A DNA stretch of 64,000 bases from Candidatus Kapaibacterium sp. (GCA_963665665.1 OY762428.1:1120001-1184000), one strand, 5' to 3'; numbered from the stretch's first letter, positions 10,669 through 21,269 are shown. Program-made: numbers and translations. The notes: generated from the letters alone by a model not told the origin.

Positions 10669-10701
10669 ATACATCCGGTCACTTAAAGTGATCGGATGTA
10701 T
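10669..10701. terminator. Hairpin between convergent genes (terminator or REP-like)
   Basis: ATACATCCGGTCACT-TAA-AGTGATCGGATGTAT, followed by a T-rich tract. Confidence 0.7.
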
Positions 10702-10730
10702 CATTTTTTATCGCCTTGTATGATCCCCAA

Positions 10731-12479
10731 TCAATCGCCAAGCGGAACTATCAGCCTGCTTTTTCTTTTATTATCATGGTATAATTTTATTACCGCTGTT
10801 TTGGCATTGCGCGGATTATCCGACGACATGGAAAAACCACTGTTGTATGAACGCCTGAAATAGGGGTTATCAAGGCATCCGAAAAGGAAGCGGAGCCTGC
10901 TGCCCTTCCTTATCTCACGGGCAGTGTAGTGAAATGTATTCATATTCAGCCTGAATATTTCGCCTGGCTTTACAAGTTCAATTGAATCAAGCCGGTTTCT
11001 GAACCCGCCCCTGATGATTCCTGAACTAAGATAATTCACCTTACCGTCCGGTGTAATTTCATACACAATTCCCTCGAAATCAGTATCCGGTACATTCATT
11101 TCAATATTGGCTTCAAATTCAAATTGTCCCATTATTACTACATCCTCATCAAATGGAGCGGTATGGAATATTAGCTTATCGCCTATGTAGGCCTCGTTTT
11201 CCTCGCGCCAGTTATAGTTTATCAATTTGGGCTGGAAGCGTTTGGATACAAAAGTCGTATCCATGGGGTTATAAACAAATTCAGATGCTCCTTTATCCTT
11301 TGACGGAGTTAAATTCATAATTCCCGAATTGGAAACATCAAAAGGATTTCTACCCTCAGCGCTCAGGTAGTAATTAATTTTTCGCGAACTAAGTTTTTCG
11401 AGGCTATTGGCTCCTTGCCACTCATTTTTGCCGGGTATATAAACCCTGACATTGTTCTCCAGGAATTCCGGCAGCGGCGCCATTTTTATGGTATGGTCAA
11501 ACCAAGCTATTATCATTTCGTTCATATCAATAACTGCATTATCGCCGAATTCCATATCCTCGAATTTTGCTTTGGGCCTTCTTGTACCGCCGTGATCCCA
11601 GGGGCCGATTATCAGCCGGCATTGATCTTTGACATCCTTATCTCCATATTTCATAAAATTGTTATAATAATACAGATTCCCAGCCTGATCATCGTCAAAG
11701 AACCCGGTAACTGTAAGGATGGGAATATTGATATTTGCGTAGTCCTGCTCCGAGAGAAGGATATTTTTATAATATTCATCAAATTGGGAATGCTTCAGCC
11801 AGTTATTGAAATTTGTTTTGCTTATCCCGGACAGTTCCGGCAGGTTGAAATATGGCTCGTGTTCTATATGCATTTTCCTGAAAATGGCGTTCCAGTATTC
11901 ATGATCAATAAAAGCATTAGTCTGAAGTGAATTCCCTTCAACAAATGCAAGCCACTGCGCGTTATAGCTGTAGAATATATTGTTTATCATCGGAAAATCA
12001 ATACCGGGGCAGACCGAAGCTATTGGTATAGCCGATTTCAACGCCGGAGGATTTTCCTTCATTATCAGCCACTGAACCATCCCGAGATAGGATGCGCCAA
12101 CCATCCCGACCCTGCCGTCGCACCATTTCTGCGAGTCTATCCATTTTATCGCATCTGCTCCATCCTTACCGTCGTGCTCGAATGGAACGAAGATGCCACC
12201 GGAATTATCTCTGCCACGGCAGGAAAGCAAAACAGTAACATAGCCGTTTTCAGTGAAGTATTTCGCGTCCTTGTGGCTTCGGTCCTTACTGTATGGCGTC
12301 AGTATCAATATAACGGGGCGTGCTTCTTTCATGCCGTCCGGTTTATAAATATTCGCCGAAAGCTCAATCCCGTCTCTCACGGCAATTTTTCTATTAAACT
12401 CGATCTCGACAGCCTGCATAGCAGTAAAAGCCGTCAGAGAAGCAATAAGCACAGTAATCAGATATTTTAATTTCATCAT
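10731..12479 (-). CDS. Secreted CocE/NonD-family serine hydrolase
   Basis: Signal peptide; RDGIELSANIYKP, TPYSK, nucleophile GASYLG, IGPWDHG. Confidence 0.9.
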   Translation of the reverse strand: MMKLKYLITVLIASLTAFTAMQAVEIEFNRKIAVRDGIELSANIYKPDGMKEARPVILILTPYSKDRSHKDAKYFTENGYVTVLLSCRGRDNSGGIFVPFEHDGKDGADAIKWIDSQKWCDGRVGMVGASYLGMVQWLIMKENPPALKSAIPIASVCPGIDFPMINNIFYSYNAQWLAFVEGNSLQTNAFIDHEYWNAIFRKMHIEHEPYFNLPELSGISKTNFNNWLKHSQFDEYYKNILLSEQDYANINIPILTVTGFFDDDQAGNLYYYNNFMKYGDKDVKDQCRLIIGPWDHGGTRRPKAKFEDMEFGDNAVIDMNEMIIAWFDHTIKMAPLPEFLENNVRVYIPGKNEWQGANSLEKLSSRKINYYLSAEGRNPFDVSNSGIMNLTPSKDKGASEFVYNPMDTTFVSKRFQPKLINYNWREENEAYIGDKLIFHTAPFDEDVVIMGQFEFEANIEMNVPDTDFEGIVYEITPDGKVNYLSSGIIRGGFRNRLDSIELVKPGEIFRLNMNTFHYTAREIRKGSRLRFLFGCLDNPYFRRSYNSGFSMSSDNPRNAKTAVIKLYHDNKRKSRLIVPLGD

Positions 12480-12560
12480 CGCCGCCGGAAAAAGTAGAAT
12501 CCATAATTTTCATAATTTAAAATTATTGTACGAATAAAGAAAATATATTAAAAGGATTTT

Positions 12561-12818
12561 TCAGGCTGGTTTTGAAATAGTAATACCGTTATCCCAGAGA
12601 TATGATTCGCTAATATCAATGTCTTCATTCCAGGAAATACCATATCCCCCCGGATCAATCCTGGCCTGCTTCAGAAAGGAAATATCTTTTAAGGGTTCGA
12701 ATACCTTATTTGGGATCAACAAACTAAGATCAACCTGCTTAATAGTATCATCGGAAAATTGCAGGGTAATTTCCAGTTTATCAATTTTTATAATATTTAT
12801 AATTACAGGATATTTCAT
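12561..12818 (-). CDS. DUF2442-family protein (partner of DUF4160, putative TA pair)
   Basis: LQFSDD..K.VDL, FEPLKD..F, GISWNEDIDI..LW. Confidence 0.8.
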   Translation of the reverse strand: MKYPVIINIIKIDKLEITLQFSDDTIKQVDLSLLIPNKVFEPLKDISFLKQARIDPGGYGISWNEDIDISESYLWDNGITISKPA

Positions 12819-13066
12819 TATTTCAATCCAGGTAGTTTAATAAATTCCTGAGTTTCCCACATGGCTATTAAATCATCCTGATATAATTCCGCCCACTCTT
12901 TCACCATTTTTAAGGCTCGATTCGGGAGATCCCCTTCGATTATATCTAAATTGTCAATTGAAAAAAGTCCGTTATGTTCTCCGTATAGTGCGTGAAAATG
13001 TGGCGGAAGATGATCATTAAAATACATCTTTATAAGAATTCCATAAAATCTACTAATTTCCGGCAT
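12818..13066 (-). CDS. DUF4160-family protein (putative TA pair)
   Basis: MPEISRFYGILIKMYFNDHLPPHFHA signature; stop/start overlap with the DUF2442 gene. Confidence 0.85.
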   Translation of the reverse strand: MPEISRFYGILIKMYFNDHLPPHFHALYGEHNGLFSIDNLDIIEGDLPNRALKMVKEWAELYQDDLIAMWETQEFIKLPGLK

Positions 13067-14146
13067 TTTTCAATTATCCTAAAATATCTTACTTACTATT
13101 GAAAAAAACGAATTAACTTAAATATTAGTGATTTTGAAAAAAGTTAACTGTCCTCAACAAATAAAAAAATTATTATTAATAAAACATCTCAATATGATTA
13201 AATCTCTTCAATATGCAAATTCTCTGCTTCTAGATTCATTTTAATTAAATCGACTTTTCGAACATCAATGTAAAACTTTATTTGAAATAATACAAAAATA
13301 CCCACCCCTAAATTACAATTTCCGTTTTCATTTGCTTTATTTTTTTTCTTTGTGTATTTTGAAAAAAAAGCTAATTGCTTATAAAATAAGTTGTGTGAAA
13401 TTAAGTCACGAAGATAGAAAATTTTTCGAAATATAACTAAAAATAAATAGATGAATTTATCAGCAACAAAAGTAACAGATAATACTCATGAAATGAGTTT
13501 TCATGAATTATTTTCTCAGTCGACTCAGATTCAAATTCCATTGTTTCAGCGTGAATACGTATGGACTGAGAAACAATTTAAAAGGATGATAGAAGAAATT
13601 GATATTATAGTTGATGGTGAAGATACTAATAGATTCCTAGGAGCCATTATTGCAGTTAGACGTGAAGCCAATCCATCTCAACCTCAACCTTTTGAAATTG
13701 TTGATGGTCAACAAAGATTGTCAACTCTATATTTATTTGTGTTAGCAGCGGCCTATGTTGCAGCTCGCAATAAGGAAGATGATTATGCAAAAGGACTTAT
13801 TAATACAAATCTAATGATTGATTGGTGGCAGAATGGAATTAATACAAAGTTAGTTCCGTCATTTGCAGATAGAAATCAATTTTGTCAAGCATTTGGTCAA
13901 TTAATTTGAAATGCTCCCTATTGCTTAGACAAATAAAAGTATAGTTTATGGTGTTTATTAATCTATACTTCTTCTCTAATAAAATAAGAAAAAAATATGT
14001 AATAATATTAATTTTTCTTTTTTTTGCTACTTTTTTTTCTTTTTGTTAACAACCTGGAAATTGTGGATAACTTTCACTCTCCTTTCTATTTCTTTTTTTA
14101 TCAATTGCTTACCGGATTGCATTTTTTCACTTTTCCAACAAAGTTT

Positions 14147-14992
14147 TCAATTAACGAACCGCTGTTCGTTCATATATTTTTCAGCCGGAATCTGGTATTC
14201 AATTCCTGCGTGCGGCCTCGTGTTGTTATACCAATCGACATAAGCCTTTATACCGCCATAGAGCTCTTTTCCGTCTTCGTAAGACTTCAGATACAGGTCT
14301 TCGTATTTAAAGCTCCGCCAGAAGCGTTCTATGTAAACATTGTCCAAGGCGCGGCCCTTGCCGTCCATGCTTACCTTAACATCAGCATCCAGAATCGTTT
14401 TCACAAAATCATTGCTCGTGAACTGACTGCCCTGATCCGTGTTTGTTATTTCCGGTTTCCTGGTTTTCAAAGACCTTTTTATTGTATCTATGCAGAACTC
14501 CTTCTCAAGGTTATTCGATAATTCCCAGTCGACGATATACCTGCTATAAACATCTATAATTGCTATAAGATACATAAATCCTTTACGCATCGGAATATAT
14601 GTTATATCCAGGCTCCAAACCTGATCCGGACGACTTATTTTCATATCCCTCAACAGGTATGGATAAATTTTGTGCTCCTTGTTCGGTTTGCTCGTGTCCG
14701 GTTGGGGATATATTGCCCGAAGTCCCAATAATTTCATTAATCGCCTGATTCGTTTATAGTTAACATGGTATCCCAAAGAACGTAAGTGTGCTGTCATTTT
14801 TCTGGCTCCATAAAATGGAGTAATCGCGAATTGTTCTTTGATCAGCTTCATATATAGAATATTTGCTTCACTTTCACCCTTGGGTTTGTAATAATAACAG
14901 CTCCTGCTAATACCCAAAAGCTCGCACTGCCGGCTTATGCTAATTTCTTTATTATCAGCATCTACCATCTTCCTGCGTTCTTCTTTACTCAC
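14147..14992 (-). CDS. IS3 transposase OrfB (DDE integrase core)
   Basis: WSLDITYI, NTDQGSQFTS, DNVYIERFWRSFKYE, WYNNTRPH. Confidence 0.93.
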   Translation of the reverse strand: MSKEERRKMVDADNKEISISRQCELLGISRSCYYYKPKGESEANILYMKLIKEQFAITPFYGARKMTAHLRSLGYHVNYKRIRRLMKLLGLRAIYPQPDTSKPNKEHKIYPYLLRDMKISRPDQVWSLDITYIPMRKGFMYLIAIIDVYSRYIVDWELSNNLEKEFCIDTIKRSLKTRKPEITNTDQGSQFTSNDFVKTILDADVKVSMDGKGRALDNVYIERFWRSFKYEDLYLKSYEDGKELYGGIKAYVDWYNNTRPHAGIEYQIPAEKYMNEQRFVN

Positions 14993-15272
14993 GGCCCAAT
15001 TTTTTTTTTAACCAGTCTAATTCAATTTTTAGCCGGCCTATTTCTTCATATAATACTGATTCGTCTTTTTCTTTTTTATTCTTCCCTGGCCCACGCTTGT
15101 TTTCAAATACTTCCTTTTCACTTTCTTTTAAATGCTTTTTCCACATGCTTATCTGGTTTGGATGAACCCCGTACTCCGATGCCAGCTCGGTTATTGTTTT
15201 TCTCTCTTGGACTGCCTCCAGGGCTACCTGCATTTTGAATTTTGAACTGTAATTTCTTCGTTTGTTTGCCAT
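14985..15272 (-). CDS. IS3 transposase OrfA (HTH), with an A10 slippery run at 15000-15009 for -1 frameshifting
   Basis: RRNYSSKFKMQVALE...ELASEYGVHPNQISMWKK; LYEEIGRLKIELDWLKKK. Confidence 0.92.
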   Translation of the reverse strand: MANKRRNYSSKFKMQVALEAVQERKTITELASEYGVHPNQISMWKKHLKESEKEVFENKRGPGKNKKEKDESVLYEEIGRLKIELDWLKKKLGRE

Positions 15273-16636
15273 TTGATGCTCCTTTTGATTTTTTGCAAGT
15301 TAAGATTATTTCACCTTAAATCGCTGTTTTTTTTAAAGGAAGCCGTTCAATTAATACAGGAAATTTATCCGATTGGTTAGGTGTGAAAGCTAAACTACCA
15401 GAAAAAAGTGGTTCTGATAAAGGTAGATATATAAATCAATTTAATCGAATTAAATCTTTTCTTCAAAAAAGATATAAAGAAAATGGCATTGACCATCTGA
15501 AAGAGATTGTAACTGCTGCACAGACTAAATTAACTTTTGTCTTTATATTATTAAAAGACCCATCTAATGCAACTACGGTATTTGAAGGACTTAATGATCC
15601 AGGAATTCCAATTGGTATTGGAGATTTAGTAAGAAATGAAGTATTCTCTAAAATAAATGGTGATGCAGATAAAGCTCATGCAATTCATAGAGACATCTGG
15701 CTTCCATTTAGAGACAAACTAGGTGAACATTTCGATAATTATTTTTTTCCTTATGCAATAATAAATGAGTCATCTATTAAAAATGCAGACTTGTTTCGTG
15801 GTTTAAGGAAATTATGGGTTGATAAAAAATCCCCTGATAAAAAGTCCCCTGAAGATATAATAAAACAGCTTGACAATTACACAGTACCATATTTGGCAAT
15901 TGCAAATGGACAATTTCCTGAAAATTATTCTAAATCGGTATTAATTAAGATTACGAAACTCAGGGAGGCAAAAAGTCCTACTTCAATTTACCCCTTTGTA
16001 ATGAAACTACTTAAAGAATATGAACTTGATAGTATAACTGAAAAAGATACGGTTGAATGCTTAGAGGTTTTAGAATCGTTTCTTGTTAGAAGAGCTCTTT
16101 GTGGTATTGAACCTACTGGATTACTAGTACTCTTTAGGACAGCTTGGAGTGTGATGAATGGTATTCCAAATAAAGAAAACTTAACAAAGGCTATAAAACG
16201 ACGAAATACAATTGAGTGGCCAGATGATTTAAGACTTGAAACAGCTATTCTAACACGGAACATCTATTCAAGTTCTATTTGTAAATATGCAATTAGGGAG
16301 TATGAAAAAAGCCAAGAGTCGGATTTTCCAAATAATGATTTCTGGATTGAACATGTAACTCCACAAAGCTTAAACGATGAATGGAGAAAAGTAATAACTG
16401 ATGAAGAGCATCAAAATGTTGTCCACACCTGGGGTAATTTAATACCATTGACTTCTGAAATGAACAGAGATTTATCTCAAGCAGCATTTGAATTAAAGAA
16501 AAAAGAATATAGCAAACATTCAATTTTTTCTTCAACAAGGTCTCTAGCAAAAGAATATGAAGAATGGAATAAAACAACAATAACAGAGAGATCAAAAGTA
16601 ATTGGAAAATGGGCTATAACCAGGTGGAAGAAATAA

Positions 16637-16762
16637 CTACACACTACATGCGGTAATAAGTAATGCGGGTTGATGTGGCAATTTTACATGTTTACATTTG
16701 ATAAAAATAGCAACGGTTTGATAGGTAAATGCTCCGAAATCCCGCCCGACAACATATAACTG
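16637..16762. other. Degenerate attC-like imperfect palindrome directly after the GmrSD stop
   Basis: CACACTAC (16640-16647) is a 1-mismatch inverse of GTTGTGTG (13390-13397) upstream of the gene; internal arms ATGCGGGTT...AATCCCGC. Confidence 0.45.
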
Positions 16763-16870
16763 GTCATTCTGAACGAAGTGAAGAATCCAGTATTCATGCG
16801 GGTTATGGATTCTTCAATAATTCTTTAAGAAAAAGATGGATTCTTCAGTCGCAAGCTCCTTCAGAATGAC
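16763..16870. repeat. REP/MITE-like element with GTCATTCTGAA...TTCAGAATGAC terminal inverted repeat (copy 1)
   Basis: Perfect 11-bp terminal IR; first ~50 bp nearly identical to 39905-39955. Confidence 0.8.
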
Positions 16871-16962
16871 ATTTTTAGGATTATTCTTCAAAACTTATAC
16901 CATCTGAGTGATTTCCCATACTTTTTGCTAATTAACTATTAACGAGAAAATTCGGGGTTCTG

Positions 16963-18525
16963 TTACCCGGCAATCTCAAGCCTTTTCTTTTTTGCAAGGC
17001 GCAGGCGCCAGCGTATTATGCCGTATAGCACAAACAGCAGCGGCGGCAGAACCATGTTCCCGTATTTCAGGAAATTCCGCGTTCCGTCAGATATTTCGGC
17101 TATTATCGGCTGGGATACATTTTTTGCCCTGATATTTATAAGCCCCGCGTCGTCGGCGAGGTAATCTACAGTGTTGGCAAAGAGCGCCAGGTTTTCCGAG
17201 GACTGCCCGGCAAAGCGGTCCTGCATAAATATCCCCGAGCCGCAAACCACTATGGTAGTTTGGGGGCTTTCATCAGCAGCAGGCCTGAACCTGGAATTAC
17301 CCCTGAAATAGGATTTGAAACTACCGTAGAAAGATGCCATTACAGGTATATGGTTCTCTGTGAAATCTGCCGGAGTCCACTGCCTCGTGGGGTCTATCCT
17401 GAAGTTTGAAGTTTCCCTGCCGCTGCTTTCGGACGTCATGGCAATCACTTCGGTTTTAATTCCGAGCTGCGCTGCAAGGGAAGTATCAATCGAGCTGGCA
17501 AATGGCATAAATACATTTTCCAGTCCCTGAGCAATCACATTTTCATCGCCGAAATTATTAATTATCATCAGGTATGGCAGTTGCACCGGGGTCTGAACAT
17601 TGAACTGTCCCTGAGGCCGTGTCATTATCACATTTCCGCACAGGTCGTCCCTTACCAGGTCGGCATTGACAACAATACCGTATTTCCGGAGCATATCTTC
17701 AAGCTTTGTAAAGTTGAGCTGACCCTCGGGGTTTTGCAATGTTTCATCGAACATTACCGAGCCTTTGAAATAAGCGAGCCTGCCGCCCTTCATCAGGTAT
17801 GAGTCTATGGCGTATAAGGCTGAATCTGAAAACGGCTGCTTGGGATCAATTATCAGCAAAGCAGCCAGATTATCAGGAATCTCTTCACCTTTTGATAGGT
17901 CAATACTAACAGGTTCGTACTGCTTTGCTATTGCAAGCCCTGCAACACGCATCTGACCCAGGTCGCTCTCGCCCTGACCAATGGTGTAACCTATTTCTTT
18001 CATACCTTTTGTTGTAAGCCGTTTTATCGAGCTTGACAGGTCATATTCCATCGTGGAAAGATCCTGGATCACCGGCAGAACCTCCCGCTTATCCTCGTAC
18101 ATAATTACTGCGCCCATGAAAGCCCTTTTCACTTCCGCTTTATCTTCTTCGACCACCTGTATTTCGAGTGGCGGAACCCCTTCAAGCTGCGCTTCCTTTT
18201 CCATTTCCCCGCCTTTTGGGTCGATAAATTCAAATTGCAGCATATCCCCGGCAAACTGTTTGTATTCATTCAGAATATCAACAAACAGCCTGCGGTTGCC
18301 ATTGTAAGGTGCAGGAAGGTCCTCGGTAAAGTATGCTTTTACAGTTACTTTATCATCAAGGTTCGAGACAATTTCCCGGCTTGCGTCGGAAAGCGTATAA
18401 AGTCCGTTCGCCGTCATATCAACCCTGAAAAACAAGCGGACCGATATAATATTCAGCACAATGATAATTGCAAGTACAATCCAAAATGTAAACATATTCT
18501 GCTTTTTGGCTGATCTTTTTTCCAT
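16963..18525 (-). CDS. GldG-like ABC-transporter auxiliary membrane/periplasmic protein (start probably ATG 18525)
   Basis: N-terminal TM, RVDMTANGLYTLSDAS, EYDLSSSI, GQGE, C-terminal TM; follows gldA/gldF-like genes. Confidence 0.82.
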   Translation of the reverse strand: MEKRSAKKQNMFTFWIVLAIIIVLNIISVRLFFRVDMTANGLYTLSDASREIVSNLDDKVTVKAYFTEDLPAPYNGNRRLFVDILNEYKQFAGDMLQFEFIDPKGGEMEKEAQLEGVPPLEIQVVEEDKAEVKRAFMGAVIMYEDKREVLPVIQDLSTMEYDLSSSIKRLTTKGMKEIGYTIGQGESDLGQMRVAGLAIAKQYEPVSIDLSKGEEIPDNLAALLIIDPKQPFSDSALYAIDSYLMKGGRLAYFKGSVMFDETLQNPEGQLNFTKLEDMLRKYGIVVNADLVRDDLCGNVIMTRPQGQFNVQTPVQLPYLMIINNFGDENVIAQGLENVFMPFASSIDTSLAAQLGIKTEVIAMTSESSGRETSNFRIDPTRQWTPADFTENHIPVMASFYGSFKSYFRGNSRFRPAADESPQTTIVVCGSGIFMQDRFAGQSSENLALFANTVDYLADDAGLINIRAKNVSQPIIAEISDGTRNFLKYGNMVLPPLLFVLYGIIRWRLRLAKKKRLEIAG

Positions 18526-18526
18526 G

Positions 18527-19243
18527 TTACCATTTCCTCCTTCCAAGCGACAGAACCGAGGCATATAAAGCTATTCCCCCGATAGAAGCAAAATAAATTA
18601 TATCACGGCTGTCAATCACACCTCGTGACATATTTGAATAATGGTAGGAAGTAGCGATAAATTCCATCGTAGAAACAATCACAGGTGGCATAAACAAGAG
18701 AAAATATCCCATCATGAAAAGCAGCAGGTTAATGATAAGCGCAATTATAAATGCAACTACCTGGTTCTTTGTAAAGCTTGACGCCAGCAGCCCGACAGCG
18801 ATATTAACTCCGCTCATAAGCAACAGGCCGAAGTAAGCCGTAAGCACGGGCCCGTTATCCATATCCCCGAGCGCGCCGGCAGTCAGCCAGTAAAGAAAAG
18901 TCGGCACAAGGGCTATTAATATCAAAGCCCATGAAGCCAGAAATTTCCCGGCAACAATTCCCCAGTCGCTTACGGGTTTGGTTACGAGCAGTTCAATTGT
19001 CCCGCTTTTCCTTTCTTCGGAAAGCTGTCTCATGGTGATTGCCGGAACAATAAAAAGCAGTATCCACGGCGCCACACTGAAGAACTTTTCTAAAGTAGCA
19101 ATCTTGTTTATAAAAAAAGTGCTGAACGTGAACCATCCTGTCAGCCCAAGGAAAACAACGATGATAATATATGCAACAGCTGAATTGAAGAAGGAAGCCA
19201 GTTCCTTCCTGAATACAACTCCTGCCATGTCTAATACTTTCAT
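18527..19243 (-). CDS. GldF-like ABC-2 permease
   Basis: KELASFFNSAVAY, PAITMRQLSEERKSGTIELLVTKP, RGVIDSRDIIYF. Confidence 0.88.
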   Translation of the reverse strand: MKVLDMAGVVFRKELASFFNSAVAYIIIVVFLGLTGWFTFSTFFINKIATLEKFFSVAPWILLFIVPAITMRQLSEERKSGTIELLVTKPVSDWGIVAGKFLASWALILIALVPTFLYWLTAGALGDMDNGPVLTAYFGLLLMSGVNIAVGLLASSFTKNQVVAFIIALIINLLLFMMGYFLLFMPPVIVSTMEFIATSYHYSNMSRGVIDSRDIIYFASIGGIALYASVLSLGRRKW

Positions 19244-19334
19244 AATACAATGCTGAATAATTTATAAATAATTTTCAATTTTAACCTAACCATCCTTTTT
19301 CCGACCTCTCCTCCTAGTTATACAAGTAAAGGAG

Positions 19335-19367
19335 AACCTTCCGAAGGTTTTAAACCTTCGGAAGGTT
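19335..19367. repeat. REP-like palindrome AACCTTCCGAAGGTT-TTA-AACCTTCGGAAGGTT
   Basis: Perfect inverted repeat made of two near-palindromic units, in the gldA-gldF spacer. Confidence 0.7.
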
Positions 19368-19382
19368 ATATTACTAAGGTGC

Positions 19383-20387
19383 TTATCTCTTTTCTTCATT
19401 AGTATTTTCATTCTCAATATCCGTCAAAACCTCCTGATAAAAATTCTCAGTTGTCAATTGCCGGAATAATTCTTCCAGGCTGGCGGTTTTTCTGCTAAGC
19501 CCGAGAATAGGCCAGTTCTGTTCCACAGCCATGCTGAATAGTTTCTCTCTCAGGTCTGTGCCTTTAGCAGAATACAGATTGAAGAAATGGCTATCACTCT
19601 CACTTTTCTGATAGACCACTTTCTCGCTGCCCTCAATCGAAGCTAAAAGTGGATGCATTTCCGCCATCGGGTCGCTGACTTCCGCTTTCAGCTCTACGTT
19701 TATAATATCCGAACCCCGGAAGCTGCCCTGTAGTTCATCCAGAGTTCCGTCCGCGACGATATTCCCCTTATTTATAATTACAACGCGATCGCATGTGGCT
19801 TGAACTTCAGACAAAATATGAGTTGACAGGATCACTGTTTTCGACATTCCAATCGATCGGATAAGCTGTCTTATTTCCACTATCTGGTTCGGATCGAGTC
19901 CGCTCGTGGGTTCGTCAAGTATCAAAACATCGGGATCGTGTATCAGAGCCTGCGCAAGCCCTACTCTCTGACGATAGCCTTTGGACAGTTCGCCAATATC
20001 TTTGTGGCGGACGGATTTCAGCCCGCAGACTTCCACCATCTCGTCCATTCGGGATTTTATCATTGATTTTTTCATTCCCTGCATTTTTGCCGAGAAATCA
20101 AGGAATTCAATTACATTCATATCGTGATAGAGTGGGTTCGATTCCGGCAGGTAACCGATCTTCTTCCTTACTTCTATGGAATGCTCAAAAATATCAAGCC
20201 CGTCAACTTCCACCATCCCCGAGGTCGGTGGCATGAAGCAGGTAATGATCTTCATCGTGGTGGTTTTACCGGCTCCGTTTGGCCCGAGAAAGCCAAGAAT
20301 TTCACCTTTGTTCACTTCGAATGAAATATCGTTCACCGCCCGGGTGTCGCCGTATAACTTAGTCAGATTTCTTACTTTTATTGACAT
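19383..20387 (-). CDS. GldA-like ABC transporter ATP-binding protein
   Basis: GPNGAGKTT, LSKGYRQRVGLAQAL, ILDEPTSGLDPNQ, STHIL. Confidence 0.92.
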   Translation of the reverse strand: MSIKVRNLTKLYGDTRAVNDISFEVNKGEILGFLGPNGAGKTTTMKIITCFMPPTSGMVEVDGLDIFEHSIEVRKKIGYLPESNPLYHDMNVIEFLDFSAKMQGMKKSMIKSRMDEMVEVCGLKSVRHKDIGELSKGYRQRVGLAQALIHDPDVLILDEPTSGLDPNQIVEIRQLIRSIGMSKTVILSTHILSEVQATCDRVVIINKGNIVADGTLDELQGSFRGSDIINVELKAEVSDPMAEMHPLLASIEGSEKVVYQKSESDSHFFNLYSAKGTDLREKLFSMAVEQNWPILGLSRKTASLEELFRQLTTENFYQEVLTDIENENTNEEKR

Positions 20388-20627
20388 TTTTATTCGAAAA
20401 TAATAATCAAAATACTAAAGACTGATCAATACCATACGAATTGTGAATTATTTCAGGTAAAAGGGATAATCCCTTGTATCAACTCAGTATTGAAAACAAA
20501 AATAAGACTATAATCAATAAAATACCATTTTTGTGAAAATAATATAATTATCAGGAACTGTTTCCAATCAAAATCCTTTGAACTATTACTAATCTTTCGT
20601 ATTTTATTTTCACGATTATTATTATCA

Positions 20628-21269
20628 TTGAAAAATATCATGGGGAGAATTATATTGAAAACGCTTAGTTATTTTTTACTTTTCCTGCTGATAAGTATAT
20701 CATGCAAATCCGGCGCCGGATCGGATGAACTACGTAACGGCGATATTATTTTTCAGATAACAAACTCACGCCAAGGCCAGGCAGTGCAGATTGCCACCGG
20801 TTCAAAATATACTCATGTCGGCATTTTGTTCAAAAAGGATGATGAATTACTGGTTTATGAAGCAGTCCAGCCGGTAAAGATAACGCTGCTTGATGAATGG
20901 ATTGAAAGGGGAGTAGATAATCATTATGTTGTGAAAAGGCTGAAAAATGCTGATAACCTACTTACGAATGAAGTATTAGCCAAAATGAAAAATATCGGAG
21001 AGAAGCATATCGGAAAGGATTACGATTCCTACTTCGAATGGACGGATACAAGAATGTACTGCTCGGAACTTGTCTGGAAAATATATAATCAGGCGCTTGG
21101 CATTGAGATTGGCGGGCGGAAAAGGCTTGGGGATTTCAACATAAAAAATGAAATAGTACAGCAGCAACTCAGGGAAAGATACGGCGATAACATACCAATG
21201 GACGAACCCATGATTTCCCCCGGCGATATGTTCGATTCCGATCTTTTGGAAACAGTTGAGGAGAATTGA
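20628..21269 (+). CDS. YiiX/YebB-like permuted papain-like (NlpC/P60) lipoprotein; start may be 20640 or 20655
   Basis: Lipobox-like SISC; GDIIFQ, YTHVG (His) precedes MYCSELVWK (Cys). Confidence 0.85.
   Translation: MKNIMGRIILKTLSYFLLFLLISISCKSGAGSDELRNGDIIFQITNSRQGQAVQIATGSKYTHVGILFKKDDELLVYEAVQPVKITLLDEWIERGVDNHYVVKRLKNADNLLTNEVLAKMKNIGEKHIGKDYDSYFEWTDTRMYCSELVWKIYNQALGIEIGGRKRLGDFNIKNEIVQQQLRERYGDNIPMDEPMISPGDMFDSDLLETVEEN

Larger units (their letters stand above)
13907..15349 (-). mobile_element. IS3-family insertion sequence, 1443 bp, 3-bp target duplication ATT
   Basis: Ends TG...CA; imperfect IRs TGAAATGCTCCCTAT and (reverse complement) TGAACGGCTTCCTTT; ATT at 13904-13906 and 15350-15352; orfA/orfB organisation. 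Confidence 0.93.
13451..16636 (+). pseudogene. DUF262-DUF1524 (GmrSD-type modification-dependent restriction) gene interrupted by IS3; 579 aa when reconstructed
   Basis: N-part has IPLFQREYVW and IVDGQQRLST; C-part has HNH-like IEHVTPQ...WGNL...N. Removing the IS and one ATT copy gives in-frame FGQLI-NTGNLSDWLG-VKAKL. Confidence 0.88.

Noticed and set aside
14024-14521. 165-aa plus-strand ORF inside the IS
   Set aside because: Antisense shadow of IS3 orfB
15821-15850. 15-bp tandem duplication (DKKSP x2) in the GmrSD C-half
   Set aside because: In-frame, two units only; no sign of a phase-variable tract
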